Shown here piece by piece: positions 1 to 17,864 of a stretch of DNA of 46,022 nt (position 1 is the first letter of the stretch; each line of letters starts with the position of its first letter). This DNA comes from Eledone cirrhosa. Taxonomy: Eukaryota. The stretch covers positions 1 through 46,022 of the forward strand of contig CAXHJY010001462.1 in the NCBI GenBank assembly GCA_964016885.1, written 5' to 3'. The notes under the pieces are model-generated. The model was not told where the DNA came from. It made no database searches and worked only from the letters and a program-made list of their open reading frames with translations. The translations under genes were made by a program, and so were the position numbers.

Positions 1-65
1 TGTATGTGTAGGCTTGTACACACATGTGTGTGTGTGTGTGTGTCTATGTATATGTGTATATATGT

Positions 66-112
<47 letters not shown>

Positions 113-126
113 GATATGTACATGTG

Positions 127-183
<57 letters not shown>

Positions 184-246
184 ATGTATGAATATATGTA
201 TGTGTATATGTGTGTATATATGTGAATGTGTATGTAGGTGTACGCT

Positions 247-310
<64 letters not shown>

Positions 311-400
311 ATATGTATATGTGTATGCGTGCAATTATATGTGTATATATGTGTGTGTGTGTAAGTATGCTTTTGTGTTTTTTTGTGTGTGTTTGCATGT
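1..400. repeat. Mixed (TG)n/(TA)n microsatellite, probably internal to the 3' UTR of a PLE entering from the left
   Basis: TG-rich on the + strand, opposite to most arrays in the window. It occupies the same position relative to an HHR as the TG/TA tract in the Hydra-type PLE 3' UTR (~9065-9560). Confidence 0.9.
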
Positions 401-505
401 GTAGTTTTATTTTATTTTTCCTTTCCTTCTCCCTTTTCCAGCCTCACTTTCATATAGATTGCATTTTTGTTTTTAGAATCCATATTCAATAAACAAACCA
501 GGATT

Positions 506-565
506 TTTCATTCTGAGGATTGAAAGCAAAACCTTTTGCTTTTAAGAAACCACTGGTAAATGGAA
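506..565 (+). ncRNA. Type I hammerhead ribozyme
   Basis: Stem I TTTCATT(506-512)/AATGGAA(559-565); core CTGAGGA(513-519); stem II TTGAAAGCAAAA-CC-TTTTGCTTTTAA; GAAA(546-549); short stem III CC-ACT-GG; GUA triplet with predicted cleavage after 558. Confidence 0.85.
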
Positions 566-671
566 TAATTGCCTTATGTTGTTTATTACATAATAATAAT
601 AATAATTAAGCTCTGTTGCATACATAGAGCACTCTTTTTTCCTGGACTTTTCCGATGGAATTACTTCATTC

Positions 672-4373
<3,702 letters not shown>

Positions 4374-4407
4374 AGATTTGAATGGATACAGTTTAGTTGA
4401 AAGGAAT

Positions 4408-4524
4408 TTATTGACACGTGTTTCTATAACAGTTACATAACCTAAAACAGCTATCTACAAACTTTTAGTTATGCAGACATTCAGTATTTCAATGTTATTA
4501 TTTACTGTCATTTCATCAGAATAA
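4408..4524 (-). ncRNA. Hammerhead ribozyme, inverted-arm copy of 9856-9972
   Basis: The + strand shows TTATTGACACGTGTTTC ... TCATCAGAATAA, the reverse complement of the HHR at 9856-9972. Confidence 0.65.
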
Positions 4525-5091
4525 TATTACTGAGGACCTATTTAGTTTTTATAGAGAATATTAGGAGGGAGGGGTGAAGTTGTTAGAAGAATAGTTGAAG
4601 GAGTGGTTTTTCGATAGCAGTGAGAATTCTTGGTGGCAGTGAGTAATTAGATTCCCATCTGTTGTTTTGACATTTTTTATAGAATATATTATTGGTTATT
4701 TTTCTAAATCTATAGAAGGATTAGAGATAGTAAAGATATGCGTGGTTGGTTTTGTGTTTGCACTTAACATTCAGACTTAAATTTTTCTTTCAAGTGTACG
4801 TATTCTTTCACCCACGCATTCACACACAAATATATTTGCACACCTCTACAAAATACATATACTCACAATTCACATATTCATACTTACATATATATACACA
4901 TGCATACACATATATATACACACATGTATTCATGTACATACATACGCGCTCATGTGTATACATTTTCATACTCAACTTATCTTTATATATACACACGTAT
5001 AGACACACACATATATACATACACACTCTAGTCCATGTGTACACACATACACATACATACACATCCATATACACATACATACATACACATA

Positions 5092-5152
<61 letters not shown>

Positions 5153-5476
5153 ATACATATACATATATACACATATATACATATACACACACACATATAT
5201 ATATATATAAGCACTTTAATACATGAATACACTTACATCTAACTATACACATCAAACATATATATATATTTACTTATTTATATACATTTTCACATATATA
5301 TACATACTTATGGACGTTTTTAGACATTCATTATCGCATATTTGTACCTATTCTCATCAGCATATCTTTTCATTATTAGTATGGTAATTTAAGGTTATTA
5401 ATATATGTTGAGAAGAGATTGTTTTTATATTTTTCTAACTAGATTAAGGTTTATATAGTTGGGGGATGTCCCTCTT

Positions 5477-6988
5477 TTATGTAATATTCTGCTTGTAGTG
5501 GGAAAAAAAGGTTTTAGTTCTGTGACGGCAGAATAATGTTCGTTCAATTCTGTTATTCAGCAGTTTCTTCTTGTGTGTGATTATGTAATAAATCTCAAGA
5601 TTACACAATTTGCAGAAATTTTGGCTCCTGGAAAAGCTTTGGGTTTTAGCTAATTTTTCCCATTTTAGGGTAAACTTTTGATTGCTATCCCTGAGCGTCC
5701 AAGCTTTTTCTGCTAAAGTTGTTACATTTCTTTGGCTCTGGTGTTTTATTGAGTAAGAATGCCTATACAATCGAGATTTAAACGATGTTGCCGTTGATCC
5801 CACGTAATACCACTCGTTGCCTCCGGATTTAATGGTACACTTATAAATAATATTTTTTTCCAGGCAGTTATTGCCGAGGGGGCAGTTGTCAGGATAGGTG
5901 CAGTTACAGTTGTGTACGTTGGGTTTTCTCTGGAGTAGTATTGCGGACGAACTTAGGTGTGGTTTATTTATGTTCTGTAGTGTATTGTCTACTGTTTTTT
6001 TGGGGTTCTTTGTACTTAAGTTCTTAGTGTTTTCGTTTAACCTTCTAGTATTGATCTTTTTTATGTGTTGTTCAAGGTTTAACGCTGTAGAGTATGACAG
6101 TCTTATAGTGGTAGGGTTTAGGATTTTGTGGTATTTGTGTGATGTGGGAAAATGTCTTTTAATTATTTTAAAGAAGAGTACTGGTAAATTTGTACTAATG
6201 GAGCTATTGTATTCGGGGTTATACCATAAGTACTCTTTGCATCGCTTTCTATTAGTTTTGTTTGTTGGTTTACTGGTGTGCATACTATGGTAGTAAGTGT
6301 GGTTTGGTGTTGTGTTATTATATCTACCTATGTGGGATTTATTTTGGGTGTTTTGATTGTTCCCATCTATGTACTCTATTTTGTTGAGGTAGCCTGCTTT
6401 ACTAAGGGCGTTATCGTAGTACTCGGCGTGTTCCTTAAATACTTGTATGTTAGAAGATAGACCCGAGATTCTAAGGGAAATATTTTTAGGGATAGATTTA
6501 ATTATAGAGATGGGGTGGTTAGACCCAACATTTACGTATTTGAGATTTTCATTCAATTTATGAAACGGTTTAATCAAACCAGAGTTTAAATTGAGTGTGA
6601 CATCCAGGAAGTTAACTACTTTAAGGTTGTATTCATATGTTATAGTTAGTCCTATTTCGAGTAGTAGTTTTCTTATATCTTTGCGTAGTTTTTCTAGTTT
6701 TTGGTTATTAAGGTTTTTAGCTAGGAGGAGAACATCGTCGCGGTATATTCCGCCGTGGAGATTGCTGAATTTTTCCTGGAGTCTAAAGGCGATAAATAAC
6801 CCCACAATATCAGTTATTTCCGCCGAATCGTTAGAGCCCATTGTTATGTCAAAGTTAGAGGGTCCATCTTTACGTACCCAATAACTGTTCTCAAATTTGA
6901 CTATAGTTTTCCTAGCTTCTAATATAATCTTAATTTCATCGTTTGTAATGTCAGAGTTATCCTTAGCAAACTTAATGGCTCTATTCAA
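5477..6988 (-). CDS. Partial PLE RT (C-terminal part) plus GIY-YIG endonuclease, inverted-arm copy
   Basis: Translation LNRAIKFAK...ITMGSNDSAE...GIYRDD...CNCTYPDNCPL...IIYKC...YYVGST. It differs from the + copy at about 3 residues. The first ~108 aa of ORF 5477..7312 are antisense read-through of the spacer. Confidence 0.85.
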   Translation of the reverse strand: MNRAIKFAKDNSDITNDEIKIILEARKTIVKFENSYWVRKDGPSNFDITMGSNDSAEITDIVGLFIAFRLQEKFSNLHGGIYRDDVLLLAKNLNNQKLEKLRKDIRKLLLEIGLTITYEYNLKVVNFLDVTLNLNSGLIKPFHKLNENLKYVNVGSNHPISIIKSIPKNISLRISGLSSNIQVFKEHAEYYDNALSKAGYLNKIEYIDGNNQNTQNKSHIGRYNNTTPNHTYYHSMHTSKPTNKTNRKRCKEYLWYNPEYNSSISTNLPVLFFKIIKRHFPTSHKYHKILNPTTIRLSYSTALNLEQHIKKINTRRLNENTKNLSTKNPKKTVDNTLQNINKPHLSSSAILLQRKPNVHNCNCTYPDNCPLGNNCLEKNIIYKCTIKSGGNEWYYVGSTATSFKSRLYRHSYSIKHQSQRNVTTLAEKAWTLRDSNQKFTLKWEKLAKTQSFSRSQNFCKLCNLEIYYIITHKKKLLNNRIERTLFCRHRTKTFFSHYKQNIT

Positions 6989-6989
6989 A

Positions 6990-8891
6990 GAATTACATAA
7001 AAAATATAGAAAAACGAGTGAAGTAACCCTTAAGCACATCAATGATGAGGCATGCGAAATAGTGAAAAATCTCGGAATCGAAGATAGGACAGGACCACTC
7101 TTACCGGCGGTACCCACCTTCAATCTTAAGGACCACAAGGTAAACTTTGATAATGACCCTAAAATTAGATTAATCTGCCCCTCTAAATCAGATATAGGTA
7201 AAATAAGCAAATATATCTTAGATAGAATCATCCCCCAAATTAAGGCTAAGGTTAACATTAAACTCTGGGGGAAGACCCAAGAAGCAATAAGATGGTTTAA
7301 TAGCATTAGCAATAAGAATAAATCTAAGTTTATCCAGTTTGATATCGATGAATATTACTCATCGATATCACCTGAAACTTTGAATAGAGCCATTAAGTTT
7401 GCTAAGGATAACTCTGACCTTACAAACGATGAAATTAAGATTATATTAGAAGCTAGGAAAACTATAGTCAAATTTGAGAACAGTTATTGGGTACGTAAAG
7501 ATAGACCCTCTAACTTTGACATAACAATGGGCTCTAACGATTCGGCGGAAATAACTGATATTGTGGGGTTATTTATCGCCTTTAGACTCCAGGAAAAATT
7601 CAGCAATCTCCACGGCGGAATATACCGCGACGATGTTCTCCTCCTAGCTAAAAACCTTAATAACCAAAAACTAGAAAAACTACGCAAAGATATAAGAAAA
7701 CTACTACTCGAAATAGGACTAACTATAACATATGAATACAACCTTAAAGTAGTTAACTTCCTGGATGTCACACTCAATTTAAACTCTGGTTTGATTAAAC
7801 CGTTTCATAAATTGAATGAAAATCTCAAATACGTAAATGTTGGGTCTAACCACCCCATCTCTATAATTAAATCTATCCCTAAAAATATTTCCCTTAGAAT
7901 CTCGGGTCTATCTTCTAACATACAAGTATTTAAGGAACACGCCGAGTACTACGATAACGCCCTTAGTAAAGCAGGCTACCTCAACAAAATAGAGTACATA
8001 GATGGGAACAATCAAAACACCCAAAATAAATCCCACATAGGTAGATATAATAACACAACACCAAACCACACTTACTACCATAGTATGCACACCAGTAAAC
8101 CAACAAACAAAACTAATAGAAAGCGATGCAAAGAGTACTTATGGTATAACCCCGAATACAATAGCTCCATTAGTACAAATTTACCAGTACTCTTCTTTAA
8201 AATAATTAAAAGACATTTTCCCACATCACACAAATACCACAAAATCCTAAACCCTACCACTATAAGACTGTCATACTCTACAGCGTTAAACCTTGAACAA
8301 CACATAAAAAAGATCAATACTAGAAGGTTAAACGAAAACACTAAGAACTTAAGTACAAAGAACCCCAAAAAAACAGTAGACAATACACTACAGAACATAA
8401 ATAAACCACACCTAAGTTCGTCCGCAATACTACTCCAGAGAAAACCCAACGTACACAACTGTAACTGCACCTATCCTGACAACTGCCCCCTCGGCAATAA
8501 CTGCCTGGAAAAAAATATTATTTATAAGTGTACCATTAAATCCGGAGGCAACGAGTGGTATTACGTGGGATCAACGGCAACATCGTTTAAATCTCGATTG
8601 TATAGGCATTCTTACTCAATAAAACACCAGAGCCAAAGAAATGTAACAACTTTAGCAGAAAAAGCTTGGACGCTCAGGGATAGCAATCAAAAGTTTACCC
8701 TAAAATGGGAAAAATTAGCTAAAACCCAAAGCTTTTCCAGGAGCCAAAATTTCTGCAAATTGTGTAATCTTGAGATTTATTACATAATCACACACAAGAA
8801 GAAACTGCTGAATAACAGAATTGAACGAACATTATTCTGCCGTCACAGAACTAAAACCCTTTTTTCCCACTACAAGCAGAATATTACATAA
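6990..8891 (+). CDS. 5'-truncated PLE reverse transcriptase plus C-terminal GIY-YIG endonuclease (Hydra-type)
   Basis: RT motifs LKDHK, RLICP, FIQFDIDEYYSSI, ITMGS and GIYRDD; CxCx5C linker (CNCTYPDNC); GIY-YIG as IIY...YVG...FKSRLYRH; CxxCxxE. The first ~30 aa of ORF 6897..8891 come from the inverted arm, and no native start is present. Confidence 0.9.
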   Translation, partial: ELHKKYRKTSEVTLKHINDEACEIVKNLGIEDRTGPLLPAVPTFNLKDHKVNFDNDPKIRLICPSKSDIGKISKYILDRIIPQIKAKVNIKLWGKTQEAIRWFNSISNKNKSKFIQFDIDEYYSSISPETLNRAIKFAKDNSDLTNDEIKIILEARKTIVKFENSYWVRKDRPSNFDITMGSNDSAEITDIVGLFIAFRLQEKFSNLHGGIYRDDVLLLAKNLNNQKLEKLRKDIRKLLLEIGLTITYEYNLKVVNFLDVTLNLNSGLIKPFHKLNENLKYVNVGSNHPISIIKSIPKNISLRISGLSSNIQVFKEHAEYYDNALSKAGYLNKIEYIDGNNQNTQNKSHIGRYNNTTPNHTYYHSMHTSKPTNKTNRKRCKEYLWYNPEYNSSISTNLPVLFFKIIKRHFPTSHKYHKILNPTTIRLSYSTALNLEQHIKKINTRRLNENTKNLSTKNPKKTVDNTLQNINKPHLSSSAILLQRKPNVHNCNCTYPDNCPLGNNCLEKNIIYKCTIKSGGNEWYYVGSTATSFKSRLYRHSYSIKHQSQRNVTTLAEKAWTLRDSNQKFTLKWEKLAKTQSFSRSQNFCKLCNLEIYYIITHKKKLLNNRIERTLFCRHRTKTLFSHYKQNIT

Positions 8892-9220
8892 AAGAGGGAC
8901 ATCCCCCAACTATATAAACCTTAATCTAGTTAGAAAAATATAAAAACAATCTCTTCTCAACATATATTAATAACCTTAAATTACCATACTAATAATGAAA
9001 AGATATGCTGATGAGAATAGGTACAAATATGCGATAATGAATGTGTCTAAAAACGTCCATAAGTATGTATATATATGTGAAAATGTATATAAATAAGTAA
9101 ATATATATATATGTTTGATGTGTATAGTTAGATGTAAGTGTATTCATGTATTAAAGTGCTTATATATATATATATATGTGTGTGTGTATATGTATATATG
9201 TGTATATATGTATATGTATG

Positions 9221-9292
<72 letters not shown>

Positions 9293-9855
9293 TATGTATG
9301 TATGTGTATATGGATGTGTATGTATGTGTATGTGTGTACACATGGACTAGAGTGTGTATGTGTATATATGTGTGTGTCTATACGTGTGTATATATAAAGA
9401 TAAGTTGAGTATGAAAATGTATACACATGAGCGCGTATGTATGTACATGAATACATGTGTGTATATATATGTGTATGCATGTGTATATATATGTAAGTAT
9501 GAATATGTGAATTGTGAGTATATGTATTTTGTAGAGGTGTGCAAATATATTTGTGTGTGAATGCGTGGGTGAAAGAATACGTACACTTGAAAGAAAAATT
9601 TAAGTCTGAATGTTAAGTGCAAACACAAAACCAACCACGCATATCTTTACTATCTCTAATCCTTCTATAGATTTAGAAAAATAACCAATAATATATTCTA
9701 TAAAAAATGTCAAAACAACAGATGGGAATCTAATTACTCACTGCCACCAAGAATTCTCACTGCTATCGAAAAACCACTCCTTCAACTATTCTTCTAACAA
9801 CTTCACCCCTCCCTCCTAATATTCTCTATAAAAACTAAATAGGTCCTCAGTAATA

Positions 9856-9972
9856 TTATTCTGATGAAATGACAGTAAATAATAACATTGAAATACTGAA
9901 TGTCTGCATAACTAAAAGTTTGTAGATAGCTGTTTTAGGTTATGTAACTGTTATAGAAACACGTGTCAATAA
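9856..9972 (+). ncRNA. Type I hammerhead ribozyme with minimal palindromic stem III and greatly extended stem II
   Basis: TTATT-CTGATGA(9861-9867) ... GAAAC-ACGT-GTC(9956-9967)-AATAA. Stem II base is ATGACAGT/ACTGTTAT enclosing ~70 nt, with an A-A mismatch at the first stem II pair. TATAAAA lies at 9827. Confidence 0.65.
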
Positions 9973-10122
9973 ATTCCTTTCAACTAAACTGTATCCATTC
10001 AAATCTTTCTATTTTTCTCCGGATTACTTTTGGAACTACAACTGGAACCGTCGAGCAAACTCTACGTGAGCTGATAATCTACTGTGTGTAATATTTATAT
10101 TAGAACACAACGGAAAATACTG

Positions 10123-13729
<3,607 letters not shown>

Positions 13730-13973
13730 AAAGGGAGCAGCGGCTGTTAGGGCAAGACGTGTTTTGCTTGGGCTCTGCTAGAGTCAGCAGCAACACACAA
13801 CCACGTGTTGCTACACACACACACACACAAGAGGAAAGAGAAAAAAATTTAAAATTCATGAGACCAATAGAGATATGTACATTTATATATTTATATCTAG
13901 ATATTGCTATTATCATTTACAGTCCCTCTGTGTTTAATGTATGTTCATTAGTATATGTGTTGTTATTTCTGCT

Positions 13974-14722
13974 TGCATTTTGCATATATACATATATATA
14001 TCTATATATATGCTTGCGTGAACCCCTCTCAAAAATTCGTTGGATTTTCTAATTGGATACCCCGACACTGGATACCAACACGGAATACACCTGAACTTCT
14101 ACCAGGAAATCTTTCGTTTACCGAAAATCTTTCGCGGATATAGAGGTTATCTCCCTTGCTGGACACCATGTGCGTCTCAGCTAGGGTTAGCTTTTTTATT
14201 CGTTTGGACAAGACCCGTTGATAAAGTGTTCCGGTCCGTCCGCTCTCTAGAAGTCTTATATATTTTTATGTGGGCTGATAGGGGGCGGATTAAGGAATTG
14301 CAGAAACCCAAGAAGCTAGATTTACCATCTTTCTAGTGGGTCCGGGTAAGCTTTTTACATTCATATGATTTATTGATTTATTGATATTTTATCTGAGTGA
14401 CCCGAATCTTCCTGGTCGTAATTTTTCGGCCGCATGGGTGATTTTAGACATAATCTTTGTGTGTTGGTATTTTAACGATAGTTATAGCTCTGATTTATCT
14501 GAATTATTGAGCCCTCTGCCACTCATGTCGGATTTGTTTATCGTAAACTCGTGAGCCGATTTTCCGATACTCGATTATTCTACTGCATTTTACATATATA
14601 CATATATATATCAATGCTTGCGTGGACCCCTCTTAAAGATTCGTTGGATTTTCTAATTGGATACCAATCACTGAATACACCTGAACTTCTACCAGGAAAT
14701 CTTTCATATCAGTGAAAATTTT
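13974..14722 (+). repeat. Imperfect ~140-155-bp direct repeat pair (~13974-14130 and ~14583-14722)
   Basis: Both copies contain TGCTTGCGTG(A/G)ACCCCTCT...TTCGTTGGATTTTCTAATTGGATACC...GAATACACCTGAACTTCTACCAGGAAATCTTTC. Confidence 0.85.
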
Positions 14723-14914
14723 CTTTTCTTTGCTTCATATATACAAAATTTTGAAGAGAGAGGAAAAGAGAGAAGTGATCTATGAACTTGTAACATCTCA
14801 CTGACCCCACGTCACCACAATAACAATAACGCCTACACTCGCTCCCCACCATCACCACATTACTCTAAGGTCGCTGTCCTGTCCCCTGTTGACATACTGC
14901 TGACTCTCTTTTGA

Positions 14915-15310
14915 TGTATGTATGTGTGTATACGTGTGTGTGTGTGTGTGTGTGTGTGTATGTATATCTCAGTGGATGCGACCAGATTTCAACACAGCAA
15001 CAACTACAACAACAACAGCAACAGCAACAACAACACCATCGTCTGTGTTGAATGTGTGTGTGTGTATGTATTTGTATATATGCGACAGCAATAACAGCAT
15101 CAACACCATTGTCTGCAGCAACAGCAGCAGTGAAATGAAGGACAACAACAACAACGACAACAACTACAATAACAACTACAGCACCAACAACTGCTACCAC
15201 CATCACTGACCATCCACCACCACCACGCTGATACCATCCACCACCACCACACTGACACCATCCACCATTACCAGCGTAAAGCAAACAATTATTATTGTTA
15301 TTGTTATTAT
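14915..15310. repeat. Low-complexity (TG)n, (CAA/CAG)n and (CCA)n tracts
   Basis: Direct reading of the sequence. Confidence 0.8.
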
Positions 15311-15738
15311 ATACAAGCCGAACTGGACTGGGAAAGGTCAACAGTTGACATGATAGTGATTTTGACGATTTTGATTTTGATTTTGTATCAGTACTGTCGG
15401 TAATATATGTATATATATATATATGTGTTAGTGAGTGGTGTGTGTGATTGTATGCATGAATGAGTGTTGGTATGTGTGGTTGTGGTTTGTATGCATGAGT
15501 ATTGGTGTGCGAGTCGTGTCAATAAGTTTTTTTTTTTTTTTTTTTTAATGACCATGCTGTAAAATGGAGGGGTAGAGAGGGCCCTTGAGTCTAGTAAGAC
15601 ATCCTCTCTAGTGCTGGTGGCACAAATAAAAGCACCCAGTCCATGCTGTAAAGTGGCGCTGGTGTTAGGAAGGGCATCCAACCAGTGTATCAATGCCAAA
15701 AAGCTTATCAGCACAGCAACAAAACAGCATAGAAAAAT

Positions 15739-17864
15739 ATGAAGACGTCGCATCTCAGAGTTGCAACACTTAATGTTGAACTCTCAGAGGTAGATCTGCT
15801 GAAATAGCGGAGATACTGGAGAGAAGGCAGGTGGATGTGTGCTGCGTGCAAGAGGTGAGATGGAGAGGTGCCTCTGCGAGACTAGTCGTAGGCAAGCGTC
15901 TTAGCTATAAGCTATTCTGGGTAGGTAAGGATGATGGGTTAGGGGGAGTGGGCATTTTCCTGGCTGAGAAATGGATCAATAAGACAATAGAGGTAGTTCG
16001 AGTTAGTAATCGAATAATTAAGCTTAGATTAGTTGTAGGTAGGAGACTACTGACAATCATCTCGGTCTATGCTCCCCAAGCAGGCCAAGGCAAAGATGAG
16101 AAAGACTGCTTTTATGAGCAACTTTTGCAAACAACCACAATGACAGAGGACGGAGACATCGTTATGCTAGCAGGAGACTTCAATGGTCATGTTGGACAGC
16201 TCCAGGATGGTTACACTGGGGTACATGGTGGGCACGGTTACGGTTCAAGAAATGAAGAAGGAGTGAGACTTCTTGAATTTTGTGATGCAAGTACATTGAC
16301 TATTTGCAACACAAACTTCCAGAAACCTGCCAATCACCTAATAACCTACAAATCTGGTGAGCACATAAGCCAGATTGACTTCCTGCTAGTTAGGCAGCGG
16401 GACAGGCAGATAGTGTCTAATACCAAGGCATACCCTGGGGAAGAATGTACCCCACAGCATAGGTTAGTTGTTAGTGATATCTCAGTAAGCAAGAGATGGA
16501 ATGAGACATATAGGAAGGTGTGGAGAAGAAAGGTCTGGAAGCTAAAAGACCTTTCACTAAAATACAAATTTAGGAAAGCCCTTCAAGATGTATATGACGA
16601 AAAAGAAGACGATTTAGAGACGTATGACATAGATAATAACTGGAAGTTCTTACGTGACAACTTGCTGCAGGCTACTGATGAAACCTGTGGCTGGAGCAGA
16701 GCTCCAACCAGACAGAGAGTGACCTGGTGGTGGAACAGCACAGTAGATAAGGCTATTAGAGACAAAAGACTAGCATGGAAGGCTTGGAAAAAGGGTGGGA
16801 GTAGGGAAGAATATACAGCCACTAAGAGAGAAGCTAGACGTCAGGTGTACTTAGCACGCAGGGAGGCAGAGAGTAGGAGGTTTGCCAATGTTCTGCGACG
16901 GGAAGATCAGAGGCGTGCGGTGTTCCACATTGCAAGGCAGTGTGTCAATGCAAATCAGGATGTTGTTGGAGATAAATGTGTCCGGGATGATGCCGGTGTA
17001 CTTAGTGTCACGAATGACCAGAAAAAGGAGGCCTGGAAATGTCATTATGAGAGACTGATGAATGTGGAGAACGAATGGGAGAGAGAGAAATTACCCTTGG
17101 TAGATCCGACAGAGGGACCAGCTATTGAGATTGACGAATATAGGGTCCAAGAGGCGATTAGGGAAATGAAAAATGGTAAGGCGGCCGGACCATCGGGAAT
17201 AGTTGCTGAGATGCTGAAGGCATCAGGGGACGTAGGCACTAAACTGGTTGCACGCATCATCAATCAGGCTATATATGGTGGTGTCATACCCAAAGACTGG
17301 TGCAGCAGTATTCTCATAAATTGCTACAAAGGTAAAGGGGATGCTTTGGAGAGGAGCAATTATAGGGGTATAAAACTGATAGATCAGGTTATGAAAGTGG
17401 CAGAAAGGATTTTAGCACAACTAATTAGAGAAAGGGTCAAACTAGATGAGATGCAGTTTGGTTTTGTGCCTGGGAAGAGTACAACAGATGCCCTCTTCTT
17501 GGTGAGACAAATGCAAGAGAGGTTCTTAGAGAAGAATAAGCCACTATACTTAGCCTTTGTTGACCTAGAGAAGGCCTTTGATAGGGTACCCCGATCTGTC
17601 ATCTGGTGGTCCCTAAGGAAGCTAGGTGTTGAGGAATGGCTTGTGAGGACAGTGCAAACTTTGTACAGAGGTACTCTCAGTAAAGTCAGGGTAGGAATGG
17701 AGTTTAGTGAGGAATTCCAGATACAAGTAGGAGTACATCAAGGTTCGGTCCTCAGCCCGCTCTTGTTCATTATAGTCCTCCAAGCCATAACAGAGGAGTT
17801 GAAGACTGGCTGTCCATGGGAACTTCTCTATGCTGACGATCTGGCTCTTATAGCAGAATCAGTA
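15739..17864 (+). pseudogene. 5' half of an RTE-clade LINE ORF: AP endonuclease plus RT up to the YADD motif
   Basis: ATG at 15739 gives MKTSHLRVATLNV; a 1-bp deletion near 15778 then shifts into TLRGRSAEIAEILERRQVDVCCVQE. APE motifs SVYAPQ, GDFNGHVG, QIDF and QHR. RT motifs YRGIKL, QFGF, FVDLEKAFD, GVHQGSVLSP and YADD. Confidence 0.9.

Larger units (their letters stand above)
1..671 (+). mobile_element. 3' end (pLTR/tail) of a Penelope-like element whose ORF would lie upstream of the window
   Basis: Order is microsatellite, type I HHR, ~110-nt tail, then (TA)n, as at 9065-10122. The tail TTTTTCCTGGACTTTTCCGATGGAATTAC loosely resembles TTTTTCTCCGGATTACTTTTGGAACTAC at 10012-10039. Confidence 0.55.

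Noticed and set aside
6897-7312. Apparent N-termini and overlap of ORFs 5477..7312(-) and 6897..8891(+) as a bidirectional gene pair
   Set aside because: The N-terminal stretches are antisense read-through across the inversion junction; neither has a native start.
9008-9060. CTGATGAG as a further hammerhead core
   Set aside because: No stem II closed by GAAA, and no stem I/III with a UH site nearby.
14865-15341. Poly-V/C/N/T ORFs as host exons
   Set aside because: They are translations of trinucleotide low-complexity tracts with no recognisable domain.
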